The notes: generated by a model from the sequence alone, not told the origin. 64,000 bases of DNA from Pavona decussata (GCA_977016875.1 CDRNST010000002.1:496001-560000); one strand, 5' to 3'; numbered from the stretch's first letter, positions 39,601 through 50,854 are shown. Numbers and translations are program-made.

Positions 39601-42600
39601 AATGGAATGGAGAGGGAACACTAAATTGATTTGCCTAAATGAAACTCTCGTTAAAGGGTCAAAGGGGATTTCTTGTACAAGATAGTTCAGAATTACCAAA
39701 AGACATTTCTTAATGGAATTTGCGCGCATTATCTGCTTCTTTTTATCCATATGAATGGCCACTTGATCTGTTTCTAGGCTTTCTAGCTGTTTAAGTTACT
39801 TACTGATACAATGCTTCAACTGTTGATTCCCTTGAAAGACTAATGGACAAGACCTGGAAAAAAGACAGTAAGTAGCAGGTAAATGTTCGAAGGTAAAGCA
39901 TGATCATCCTTGTAAGTGTAGTCCTGGGAAGGACTGTTTGAGGTGACAATGACGGATGTTTCGATAACCTGAGCGGAAGTAATCATCAGAGTCAACGTCG
40001 CTCAGCCTGTAGTTTCGTCAGTCGATAGGCACCTTCAGATCTGACTGCGAGTACGACACATCAGTCACATCCCCAGAACTCACTCTCCTTCCCGTTGTTT
40101 ACCAGCAGATAAGGAGACCTTAGAAACAAGATTGGTGCAACAAGCGATTATCTAAACCACGCAAACTAGACTTAAAAGGTGGTACTCGCATTCAATCTCG
40201 TACCCGTAGTCAAATCTGAAGGTCCCTATTGTCAAGTCAAACAGTCCTTTTTTGACTACACTCACCCGGATGATCATAATTTAGCTACTTATGACATGAT
40301 CCCGAATAAGTCAAACCACTTACAGTTTCAGGTAAATATTAGGTTCACATGTGACACGCATCCTACAACCTGATAGCATCAGTAATGTTGAGAGCGTTCA
40401 GAACTCCATTTAGCATGCATTTCCTGTTCTTTGCGAAGCAGCAGTTAGAGGTGAGAAGTTTAACCGTTCGAACTCTTTAACAAGGACTCCCTTGTTTGTA
40501 TTAGTGAGGTGTCTTTAACGTAACCGTCAATTCTTCTTGGACCAGAAGCTTGCCCAAATAGAGAAGTTTCTATGTCACATATGTACACTGTTATGTACCC
40601 ATAAGGAGGCAAAGGTATGACTACATAATTAATGCACATTATCATTGTCAAATAGATGTTGCACGTTTTTACCTGGCCATCTGGCAATCTTATTCTCAAA
40701 TCCACCATTGGTGACTTTCCGACATCACCCTGCTGATCAGCAATGGTTCTGTTTGAAGGCTCAGGTGGCTCCTCTGTAAGTTTTGCTTGTTTTGCCTGGT
40801 AGATCATTACAACAGATATTATTTAAGTCTTTCTCTCAAGTTGCCTTTATCTTCTTTTCGAAAGCGAGGTCTAGTGCAAGGCTGTTAGCATTTAAAACGG
40901 CTTTTCATTCAAGTGCAATTTAAACTGTTTTCACATGTGAAATACTTTGCTCTGGGTCTTGCTTGCAAATAAAAAGGAACAAATGAGATAACAACAACTC
41001 AGAAATAGCCTACTTTTAATGACGTACATATCATACAAGCACTTTAACAGAGCATAAATGTAGTATTGACTTTGACGACTCCTTAATTATAGTGACAACG
41101 GAAACCATCGCAGCCCAAAGATATTGAGTCTTGCACACAGTAAAAACTATGAACATTGACAATATAATCACTTCCGTGACAATAAAGAATTCTTTTAAAC
41201 AAAAACTGACAAACGCTTTTACCAATGTTCCTTTTATTATTCTTTATAGATTTCTTCATATTTTTGAATTTATGTGTAATCACCTTAAAGTAGGTTAAAT
41301 ACTTAAAACCTGAAAAGATTTTCACGTTTCACTTCTTTACAATTACATTTGAAGGGGTGTACGGAATAAGGCCCTAAGGGACTTTTGATGCAAGGACAAA
41401 TTCTCGTTTTGTTTCACAAGTGAATACAAGGCAATTTGGAAGGGGAATCTAGCAATTTATTAGAAGTCACTTGGAGCTTTTTTCCAGGCACCCCTTCATT
41501 TTACCCGTTGAAGACAATAGTCAGGTTCTTGAAAGCTCACAGTTAAAGCGTTTTATTAGTCACAGGCAAGGATAGATGTATTTCCACTGCAGGTCTCTAG
41601 GTCATGTTGTTTGTTTACAATAGACACTGTGAAGGAGTCAGGCACACAAGGAAAGCAACAGATCATGAACGCAATCTCCTGTTGTCTTTAAGATATTTTC
41701 TACATTAAAGGACGGTGCCTACTTTTGTTACTGGACATACGTTTTGCGCATTTCGAGATACTCGGGTTTCCTTTGGGTGGTGCCTACTAATACAGGGATA
41801 TTTTTGCACGGTTTAAACCTATGCGGAGAAAGCAGAACTTAGCAAGTGCTCTTGGCAAAAGAAAATTGGGGGGGGGGGGGGGAGGGGGGGAACCATGCTT
41901 TTTTTCAGAGATACATGTAATAAAGCTACTATTTTGGAAAAAATGCTATACATTGCTTTGTATTTTAGCACTTTTTAGAATTATTGTTTCTCAATCATCT
42001 CTAAGAAATGGTGGTTACCCCCAATTTTCTTTTTGGATTCCAATAGCCCTTGCAAAGATCTGCTTTTTCCGCATAGTAATAAACTGCGCGAAAATACTTC
42101 TGTGTTCAGTTGTAGGCACCGACCTTGAGTACCTGGTTATCTTCACTGCAGTTGTTGGCCATAACACCAAGCTGTTACCTACTAATGACAGCACTGGATA
42201 TATGTTGTATACATAGCTGAATTTATTAAATACAGATGAATGACATTTCAAAGGACTAAATAAAATAATTGTTTGACAAAGTAGGCCAGTACATGTACCT
42301 TTTCCAATTTTTCGTCTTTTTCATCCTTCATATCTTTCAACAAATATTCCTTGTGAAGTTTCTTTCTTTGCTTTTCCAGCCTACATAAAAAAAAAACATG
42401 GTACCATGGTAACTTAACAGAACAAGATGTTTATCCAGCTAGAAACAAGGTGAACCAAATCTAGGACGAGGAGGGAGGGGGGACTACTTGAACCTCCGGC
42501 CCGCTGCCTCCAGTCTGGAAAATACAGTTGGCAATAAAATGCTGTTTGTTCTTTTCCAGTCATCATTCCTCGACCTTTCTCAAGTCATTGCACATTTTGA

Positions 42601-45600
42601 TAACAACACAAACACAAGGCTAGTAGGAATGGTTTTGGTGGCATAACTTGTCAACTATATGATCAAACGATTCCACTACTTATTGGAAGACAAACGAAAA
42701 TCAGTGAAAGGAATAAATTAATCATCTCACTTTGCTTCTTCAATTGCCTCTAGTCTGAGTCGTTCCTGGAACTTGTGCCTCTCGCCAATTGTCTTTTGGT
42801 ATCTAGATACTGGTGCAGGCTGTCACAACAAATAACAATTAGCATGAAGAGTAAATTGTAGTTTTTGCGACAAGCTAGAACGTTCATCATCCTATTTTCT
42901 TTTTTTTCTTAAAGTTCTTTGTCAGTTGACCAAACATGTTCAGTGAAGGAATTAATTATGCAACTGTTCTCTGCTCGTGGCCCTGCTGTACTGGTAATTT
43001 AAGTTAGGCCAGAGCAATCTTAGAGAGTCATACTCGGGACAACAAAGTACGGTAGGGGGACGCTGTGGAGGGTACCAATGTAGAGGGTTAATTTAATCCT
43101 TCCTTCTCTGTTGTCAAAGTGAGCATCTGCGACATCAAAACAGCTCTGATTACTTGGTCTCACTCCCAGGCCTTGTTCGTGGAAGCTTCTCAAGACAGCG
43201 TGGCTAATTGCTGCAAAAATCCGCCTTCTGTCCTCTTCTTTGATTTATCAGATTGCTTTACGAGTCAATTTGTTTAGCTCCAAATCCAATTTTCTTAGAT
43301 TTTTACGCCGACTTTGCCACATCAAACATGTGAACTCTTACTCTACGCATGTATTAGCTTCTTATCGGCAGGATTTTCACAGCTTTCAGACAGGGTTTGC
43401 GGTGGTGGAGTTGAAGCTCAAGCCTTGTGCTGCGATTTGACCGTTTGTTTAATATACTTGTCGTGTAGCTGGCCCACTCCCCTTCGGAAATTAGTAACTT
43501 TGAACTCCCCTCCCCCTCGAAATTTCTGGTGACCCTCCACGTGGCAAAAAAAGATATTATCTGGACCAGTGGAGTAATAATTGTACCAAAAGAAGCGGGG
43601 GTCCTTTGTAAAACAGATATGGAGTTTCTTACAATGGAAATTTCAAAAAGAAACCTACATGTAAGAGATGCCACCTCACAGAAGCAGTTAATTTGATGTT
43701 AAAATTTCATGCACACAAATGCACACAGAAAATCTATTTTAAATTTTAAAATATAAAAATTCTGTATTCAGAGCGCAATTATAACTTAAAAGTGGGATAT
43801 TTCGTTCGGATCCACCTAACTTGAAGTTCAGTGGATTCGAACAAAATATCCCACTTTTAAGTTTTAATTGCGCTCTGAGTACAGAATTTTTATTTTAAAA
43901 TCGTGATTCCAGAGCAGGAAAACAATATTTTTGATTCAATTTTTAAATTGGTTGTCAATTTAGATTTAATACCTTATTACATGTAGAGTGGTACCGAGCT
44001 ATAAATTAACCCCCAAAACTTTGGGACTCCCCTTCATGAGGTTAATTAGCATTATTGCTCATTACTGCTGATATCAACTTACTCCAACAGAAGAGCTGCT
44101 GGCAGCAGAGGACTGAGGGATGCTGTGTGTATCGCTGTGTGGTACATCAGCTGCTGATGCTAATTCTTGTTTCAATTTCACTCTTGCTTCACCAGGATTC
44201 TGGTTTATCCTTGTAGGTTAATACAAAATAAATGAACCCATGAGTAGGCGCTGTTATTGTTCCTTTTCGACCACACCTATTTTCGGGGTGTGTACAGATG
44301 TAGAGAAGGGGGGGGGGGGGGGGCAAAGGAAATAACTTTCCACTTCTCAATGCATACACTTTAACAACAAATTATTGAATCTGAATTTTTAATTTTGTGT
44401 TGTGGACAGTAAAAAAGGTTCACAAGGGTGACAAAAAATGAAGGGAGCAAAACTGCATATATAGACAAAATACAAAAATTTGAACAGCTACATGTAGCAC
44501 TAGCTGTCACACATTTTTAAAAGGTGAAGGTGAAGAGAAGAAAGTAGTCACTAGAGAGAATTTGGTTTTGGTGTTGACATTCTTCTTTAATGAAGAAGAA
44601 TTTTTTTGTACTGCATACAATTTGAAAAATGTGTGAAAAACCTTTGAGATATACAAGTGTAGTATGGTAATAATAATAATGATAACAATATCATTATAGT
44701 AATACTGTAATAGTAATGTATTATAATAACATTGTAATGATAATAGTATTGAATGTTTTTTGTGTAATAAGTAGTGTTGACATTGTTTTGTTTTTCATAA
44801 CTGGTGCATACCCAGGGCTCAAACTCATTACAACGCGAAGAAATCTGGCGATGGTGATGATGATGATCATGAGGATGATGGTACTACATTGTAGAATTAG
44901 CATAATTTAACATGATTATAAAAATATGAAAATAAAAATGAAAAGGAAGTATTACCACTCAATAGCAGGTTGAATCCCTTTGTTCTTTGTTACAATCAGA
45001 GCTTTTTCTGCAACAGCAACATCATAACCTAAATGCAACATAATATTGGTGAGGTGATACTAAAACACAAGGCACACTGAAAGGGATATTAAGTGAATCA
45101 CAATTGTCACTACACTGCATAACTACTGCAATTAAGGACAGCACCCACTAAAAAAGAAGTATTTTTTGTGTGGTTTATGACTATGCAGGGAAAGCAGATC
45201 ATAGCAAGGGCTTTTGAAATTCATAAAGAAAATTGGGGGTAACCACACATTTTTCAGAGATAATTAAGCAACAATAAATTATTCTGAAAAACAGTAATTA
45301 TAAAATACAAAGCAACGTATGGCATTTTTTTTCCAAATTGAAGCTTTTTTTCCTCTGAAAAATGCATAGTTTCCCCAATGTTCTTTTTAGATACAGAGAG
45401 CATGTTGTTGCTAAGTTCTGGTTTCTCCACATAGTTTTAACCCACACAAAGATATATCCCTGTATTAGTAGGCACCACCCATAGGAAACCCGAGTATCTC
45501 AAGATGCATGGAATGTATGCACAGTAACAAAAGTAGGCACCGTCCTTAAAGAAATGCATGTATGCATTTGACACCATTTAAGTGTTTGATCACTTTTCAG

Positions 45601-47943
45601 GAACTTTACTGAGTGAAAGAAATGGGATGTTACATTGTACATTTTAAGCTTGATGATCATCTTACTACACTAGTTCAGATGTTCTACCACTGGGCTACAG
45701 GAGACTCATGGGAACTAGGCATTAAAGAACATAAAAAAACAAGGAGAAAAACAGAGGAAAGACAAACACAACTAAGCATTTTGTCATTACCCATTATATA
45801 CATCTATGATGTTCTCAGTCTTTCAATTACATGTAATAATAAAATTGTTCTAATGTTTACAATTATTATTACCCATTTCCTTCATGTAGGAAAGCAAAGT
45901 AAGGTCTGCTTTTACATCTTGATCAAACAAGCTCTCCCCTGAAATAAAAATGAATGATCATAGCAAGTTTGAACAGAGACACTATCAAATGATGGTGGAC
46001 GCTCTCTCCTCGAAGCAACCAATGGGTAGATTGACAAGCAGTCTATTTACTGAGATGAGTTTTCATGTGTGAATGATGACCTATATTGTATGTGAGAGGG
46101 GAAGGTATGTCCACAGAAACTGCAGGGAATTTAGGAGGTGATCTAGGCTGGTCACTGCTTTCTTCTCTCCTTCTTTTCCTGTGCTGCAGCCATTCTCTCA
46201 CTGTCTCACCCGAATAAGGGGACATCAAAGAACAAACTTGACATTAAAAGTGCTAGTATCAGCTAGGGTATAGGATCTCTAAAGAGGAAGAATAGGAGGC
46301 ACTCAATGATGTTTTAGTGGAAAGCGCAAATTCAGGCAGTCAGCCGTATCAATGAACACATGTTTGTCTGACTGGCTAAAATAGAACTTGCCGATACATA
46401 TTTTAAGTACCATGAACCAATGCAACCAGAGGCTACTGACAGAACAGGAATTAAGCACGGTGTGATTAGAAGCACAATACATGTATGTATAGCACAACAT
46501 AAACAAAGTTAATACTTGCCTTTTTGTGAGTTTAGTTTGAGGACATTGCTAGTTTGACTTGAATCTGAAGGGCCATTGCCAACATGGCTTTCCTTATCTG
46601 AGGGTGGAATCCCAAGCACTTCATCAATCAAGAGTTTGGTTCCATCTAGTTTTACTGAAGAAGGAAGAACGAGAAAGTCCCCTTCCTGTAATGATGACAA
46701 ACAAAATAGAACATTAGATGTCAATAGCATGTGTACTGTACATATTGAAATTCACCATTTTGACACAAGTTTACAGAGGTAGAAGACTGTAATGAAGGTT
46801 CCTCAGTTAAGACAAAATAACGACAATTTTAAATAACCATGGTAATCATTAAAAATAATATTAAGAGAATTTAGCATTTGTCTGTATCATACCATAAATG
46901 GGAATGACTTCAGGTCATGCTTATGCCCATGGGGGGTACTCCCTTATATGGGCTATATAGGTATGTGCGGCGCCAGAGGGTATGGTTTTTCAGCCGCTTT
47001 GGTCATAAATAGGGTATCAATTTTAGCCATTTTGCCACCATTTTGGTAATAAATAGGGTATCGATTTTTGCACTCTAGTCTTGAATTTGTCTTTTTTTTT
47101 TTTAGAAGAAACTACTGTTTACGGCAACTGTGTACATGCCGCAACGGCTTGTCACGCGCTCCGGTCACGCGCTGGGCTCCAGGGGAGTTTTGAACTGAAG
47201 TTAAAAACCAGACACTATAAGGTCATAAATAGGGTATCAAATTTTTGGTCAGGTCATAAATAGGGTAGGGAAAATCGCAGATTTTGGTCATAAATAGGGT
47301 AAGGGTTTTGGGAAGCGGGCCGCACACCCCTACCCAATTTTTTTGGGAGTACCCCCCCCCCCCCCCCGGGTGCTTATGGTCCCTAAATAGCTTAGGGAAA
47401 ACATTTATGGACATATGATTCACACTCTGACAATAAACTAAATTACTGAACTCTTCAGTAGTGCATTTTTCATCACAAATGTTCAATATTTTGCTGTCAT
47501 GTATATATTTAAAAGTTAATGGAGTGTCTAATCTGTACCTGTTCAAATCCTGAAAGCAACAGAAATGTCCGTGCCGGCTCCAGTTGCCATATGACTGCAT
47601 TGAACTTTGGATTACCTGCAATTTCCAAATTAACATACATCAAGATTATTCTCAGTTTTCGACAACATAAAAGATTCCTTATGGAACTGCAGTTTTCTCC
47701 AAAGCTTAATGACAGCCCTAAACATGCCATGTCCTTGATTCAAACTGGTAGACATGTTAGACTCAGTCATGCAAAAATATGAACTATTTACACATGACAG
47801 ATATTTGCCAGTGTATATGCATCAGACCTCAGCAGACCAGGAGTCATAAAGACATTTCGACACCCAATTTACAACCAATATGAAAGTGGGTCTGATGCAG
47901 GAAATCTGCAACACATCAGTTTGACCCAATTCAAATAAATAAG

Positions 47944-47978
<35 letters not shown>

Positions 47979-48847
47979 AATAAATAAACTCAGAGCCATG
48001 CCCAGGGTGGGGCGGGGGACTCTCATATGAAAGGGGCAGGGATGCTTGTCGTCTTGCTTAGGGGTGTAAATTTCGGATTTTGGTCTCACTTAGGGTGTTC
48101 TGGGCAAAACGCCATTATATTTGGCCGTGAAGGTCTCGTTTACGGTTGCACGCGAAAAGTTACGGCATTTTTTATTTGTCTGTGTGTTAAAATGGTCTCT
48201 TTGAGGGGGTCAAAAAAGTGTGGGCCATGCCCAGATTGGTCTCCTTTAGGGGTTTAATTGAAAATTTCCGATGAACAAACCCACCCCTTTCATATGAGAG
48301 TCCCCCGAGGTGCCATGTCCATCAAAAGCAGGGGTAAAAGTGTATGATTGTCCCTCAGACACCGCCAGGCCAAGAAATTAAAATAGAAATTAACAGTGTT
48401 GGCAAATAGTGGTATGCAAATCAGCCTTTTTCTAGTCCCCAGCTTCTTTGATCTGCAAATAGTGTTAACATTAAATAGCACCCACTTGTTGATTGAAGAA
48501 GATTGAAAAAATAAAGCAAGGCAACATTATATGTAGATATTTTTGCTGCTTCCACATTTTCTCTAACAAGTGCTTTTTCTAGCAATTTTTTAACAAAAGC
48601 CATTGCAGAATATGAATCTTTCACTTACTTATTCTAATTTTTCTGTATTTTGGATTCTCAGGGTTTGTCACGATGTTGTTGACATAGACTTGCATCAAAG
48701 AGAGCGCATTTTTGGCCTGATCTGTGTCGGAGACTGATCTTAAAGCCTCCTATAACATTAAAAGAAACAATTGGAATAACCATTGTATAACTGAGATCTA
48801 TAAAAACAACAGGAAGCAAAATGATACATTACCAAAGCAAACTCCAT
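13..48847 (-). CDS. Multi-exon gene for a PUB-UBA-UBX-thioredoxin domain protein (putative p97/VCP cofactor); 3' end lies outside the window
   Basis: 15 phase-consistent coding exons totalling 1380 nt (460 aa, no stops): 48833-48847, 48629-48749, 47539-47615, 46520-46685 (GC donor), 45873-45938, 44956-45028, 44083-44209, 42731-42819, 42299-42380, 40673-40795, 39804-39853, 16191-16306, 1982-2056, 578-671, 13-118. Motifs: PUB ([24 protein letters not shown]...[17 protein letters not shown]), UBA ([30 protein letters not shown]), charged coiled coil, UBX (LRIRLPDGQ...TVEALYQEV...[32 protein letters not shown]), thioredoxin ([16 protein letters not shown]...FVRVNVDE). Confidence 0.9.
304..503. 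mobile_element. MITE-like element with long terminal inverted repeats
   Basis: gagcttgtaaaactgaattgaataggcc...ggcctgttcaattcagttttacaagctc; about 65 bp imperfect inverted repeats and no coding capacity. Confidence 0.6.
2556..6249 (-). pseudogene. LINE ORF2 (APE endonuclease + reverse transcriptase + C-terminal Cys/His region), disrupted
   Basis: [13 protein letters not shown] start at 6249; FLQETHS, GGDFN, RLDYWL, TDHDAI endonuclease motifs; [31 protein letters not shown] motifs. Frame breaks near 6200 and at 4355-4395. Confidence 0.9.
6713..7106 (-). repeat. 3' LTR of BEL element 1
   Basis: Near-identical to 13860-14253; ends tgt...aca. Confidence 0.95.
7264..13824 (-). CDS. BEL/Pao gag-pol polyprotein with one in-frame TGA (12625-12627)
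   Basis: ORFs 12625-13824 and 7264-12534 share one frame. Gag CCHC knuckles, protease (LDDQST), RT (YVDD), RNase H ([14 protein letters not shown]), integrase ([22 protein letters not shown]). Confidence 0.88.
13860..14253 (-). repeat. 5' LTR of BEL element 1
   Basis: Near-identical to 6713-7106; contains AATAAA on the element strand at ~13947-13952. Confidence 0.95.
14268..15164 (-). pseudogene. LINE ORF1 (coiled coil + L1-type RRM/CTD) with a premature TAA
   Basis: [32 protein letters not shown] and [10 protein letters not shown] are L1/Tx1 ORF1 motifs. In-frame ATG at 15164 is followed by a TAA at 15120-15122. Confidence 0.85.
16373..16640. repeat. Short interspersed non-coding repeat (MITE-like)
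   Basis: Internal imperfect inverted segments (aaacactcgtcacagtgtttcatcac / gtgatgaaacactgtg). Family not identifiable without a library. Confidence 0.4.
17280..17462. mobile_element. MITE
   Basis: Terminal inverted repeats tagacctttttcataa...ttatgaaaaaggtcta. Confidence 0.65.
17771..19100. repeat. 665-bp direct tandem duplication
   Basis: 17771-18435 is repeated essentially identically at 18436-19100, with 'ac' microhomology at the junction. Confidence 0.9.
20537..21743 (-). mobile_element. Five tandem ~240-bp tRNA-related units flanked by a 12-bp TSD
   Basis: Units start at 20536, 20787, 21027, 21267 and 21507. tRNA-like cores at 20613-20684, 20863-20934, 21103-21174, 21343-21414 and 21584-21655 (GGCTTCA/TGAAGCC acceptor stem, A and B boxes, GGT loop). 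actataattaaa at 20525-20536 and 21744-21755. Confidence 0.85.
24608..25322 (-). mobile_element. 5'-truncated CR1/L2-type LINE 3' fragment, copy 1
   Basis: Degenerate RT C-terminal coding (HSYNT...RTNYGKHTF...W) with an (ATTGA)-like tail; paralogous to 37026-37763. Confidence 0.7.
27372..27742 (+). repeat. 5' LTR of BEL element 2
   Basis: Matches 34604-34974. TATA-like tatataa at ~27502, GT-AG intron candidate at 27559-27661, AATAAA at 27691-27696. Confidence 0.95.
27766..34463 (+). pseudogene. BEL/Pao gag-pol with a premature TAA (27880-27882) and a frameshift near 30349
   Basis: Gag ([12 protein letters not shown]; CPLC, CFNC and [15 protein letters not shown] knuckles split across frames), protease LIDSGSD, RT YVDD, RNase [10 protein letters not shown], integrase GVDFFGP/SDNGTNF. 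Confidence 0.9.
28833..29235 (+). repeat. 102-bp (34-aa) coding tandem repeat in gag, about 4 copies
   Basis: [34 protein letters not shown]-like units starting at ~28841, 28943, 29045 and 29147. Confidence 0.9.
34604..34974 (+). repeat. 3' LTR of BEL element 2
   Basis: Matches 27372-27742. Confidence 0.95.
37026..37763 (-). mobile_element. 5'-truncated CR1/L2-type LINE 3' fragment, copy 2
   Basis: ORF 37329-37694 (...[37 protein letters not shown]). Same ends and same left satellite junction (gtactagagtcacaa) as copy 1. Confidence 0.75.
41705..42127. mobile_element. MITE (same family as 45132-45549)
   Basis: TIRs aaggacggtgcctac...gtaggcaccgacctt. Confidence 0.65.
43744..43900. repeat. 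Near-perfect ~155-bp palindrome (foldback/MITE remnant)
   Basis: aaaattctgtattcagagcgcaatt...gatccac / gtggattc...aattgcgctctgagtacagaatttt. Confidence 0.8.
45132..45549. mobile_element. MITE, inverted relative to 41705-42127
   Basis: ttaaggacagcaccc...gtaggcaccgtccttaa; the internal sequence is the reverse complement of the 41.7-kb copy. Confidence 0.65.
46931..47367. mobile_element. MITE with G/C-rich TIRs
   Basis: ggggggtactccc...gggagtacccccc, with internal ggtcataaatagggta repeats. Confidence 0.65.
48014..48306. mobile_element. MITE
   Basis: gggggactctcatatgaaa...tttcatatgagagtccccc TIRs. Confidence 0.65.
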
Positions 48848-49004
48848 TACTGCGCCTGTGATGCCTTGACCAGCGGTAACCAAAACGGAACAAGAGCATG
48901 CGCTGTGTCGTTTAAAAAAAGGCGTCGAGGAAGTTCGTCGAAGAAACAAATCTTTTGAAGACAAAAGTTTTGTTGAAGAAAGTGTCGTTCATTCTTTAAA
49001 AAAA
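48848..49004. promoter_or_regulatory. Putative bidirectional promoter and 5' UTRs
   Basis: 157 bp between divergent start codons at 48847 (-) and 49005 (+). Confidence 0.65.
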
Positions 49005-50854
49005 ATGGTATGAATTTCGTGCATACTTGTGCCAGTAGTTCTCTTTATCTGGCACAAGTTGATACAGCCGCTCATCGACAGATGGTACGGCAGACCAAAA
49101 CTGGAAAGCGGTAAAGAAGGAGATGTTGCACTAAAATCAGGCGAGAAGGTAAGCTCAGTAATTGATTTTAAAGGCTACCACTAAAGCCTCGTTTTGGGTA
49201 AAATTCAGGGGTCAACTTTGGGAAGTAGTTAACTAAAGGCATCATTACGGCGTAGTATAACTCAGCAGCCATCATTTGAATGTTCAAACCAAAGTATTCA
49301 TCCGCAAATTTAAACTCTAAAATTCCAAGTCCATTACATTTTTCGCTCTGTGTTCCACCATAAAGAAAATATAACAAGTTTTTACTGCACTTATACATCA
49401 AGATGGTGGTGCTTACTTTGTATAAACAACATTATGTTTGACTTTGCTAAAGTGGGCTGAAACGAACCTGCTCGTTTGAATGAAGTGTACTTATAATTTT
49501 CTGCCAAACTTCTTATAGTTTTATTGGATCGGATAAAAAATCGTGCGTGTCGCTACGTGTAGAAAAGGACAATATCAGCTTAAATTGCATCCTATTTAGG
49601 TAATTAATCTGGGCTTATATTGGCCTTCGTCAAGTGTATTCCACAGTATAATTATAATTAAGATCGCTTTAAAAACATGAAGAGAAATAAGTAATGACCA
49701 TATGAAGATGTAGAATGATGTAAAATTTAATTAGTTCACCGATCACAACCTTTCATAGCAGAACTCAATATTTATGAATAGTCAGACTCACAAGAAGAAA
49801 TACAATGTAGCTGTGCAGGGATGACACTTGTTTACAGCTGTGGGATGTTGTCAAGATTTTTGGAAATCTGTTAAATTCACTGAAGAGAAGCATGAATGAT
49901 TTTCTTTGTCATCTCTCAAACAAGGCCCTCTTTAGTTTTAAATTGTACAGAAAAATGGTTTTAATTAAAAGGGATTTGCTGAAGCAAAGACATGGAAAAA
50001 TTACAGAGAGATTTAGGGCAGAAATAGGAGCCTTAGAGTAAAACGTTAAGTAACGTGGGACAACATTTGTTATAGGATTATTGGTGTGCAGGCCAAAGGA
50101 CCAAGTAGAGCTGCGTGTAATTTGGAGCAATCTGTATTTCCAGTCAGATTTCTCCTTAGCACTTTTATTCACCAAGTAATTCTATTACTTTGAGAATTTT
50201 TTTCGTAGAGAATTGGAATTATGTAAGTTATGATGGTAGTCATGGGATTTTGATATTAGTCGTTAAAGCAGTCACAATGTAAAAGCAGTTGAGAAAGAAC
50301 TCACAAACTGGGCCATGTTTTCAAGGTATCTCTCTTTTTTTCCAAAATCTAAGTAATTTATTCTTTGTACAATCTGTGTAGAGTTTGATAGGGCAGCATC
50401 AATCCCAGTGTCATCTCCATGGTGGTTACTGAAGGTTGTGGCAAACGGCATGACCCTATGATACACCAAAAGTGATCCTTCAACCAATCTGAAATAATCA
50501 TACATGTATGTCAAACTGAATATTATTAAGAGATAATTGACCTGCTCTTGGGCAAGGTCTTGTAACGGTAATTGATGCTGTTTAGAATGCTGAGAAGACC
50601 CTAGAGAAGGCTGACAGATAGCTCTTTGGGGTGCCATGAGCACCACTACAAAACAAAACTCCTGTTAGAGTTTTGTGCTATGCAGTGGGAGAATTATGCA
50701 AATATGTTTCAATATGCATCTTCTTCGAGTAGTACTAGACATTGATAAGCCTTTTTCTCTTTTGCGTCAGGATCCAGTAGCCAATGGTGAAGTCAAACTT
50801 GAATCATCACCTGCTAAAGATGTCATGGTGGATGGTCATTCAAAGTCTGACTAG
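49005..50854 (+). CDS. C18orf32: C18orf32/UPF0729-family small membrane protein, candidate selenoprotein (Sec at codon 3)
   Basis: Exon 49005-49148 (donor AG|gtaagc) and exon 50771-50854 (acceptor tttgcgtcag|) give MVUISCILVPVVLFIWHKLIQPLIDRWYGRPKLESGKEGDVALKSGEKDPVANGEVKLESSPAKDVMVDGHSKSD* (75 aa). The N-terminus matches the family pattern [22 protein letters not shown] (recalled from memory). TGA at 49011-49013 aligns with Cys3; a SECIS lies downstream. Confidence 0.88.

Noticed and set aside
49011-49013. TGA as a simple nonsense mutation (pseudogene)
   Set aside because: The rest of the frame and the splice sites are intact, the TGA sits on a conserved Cys and a SECIS is present. Disfavoured, though not formally excluded without reads or orthologues.
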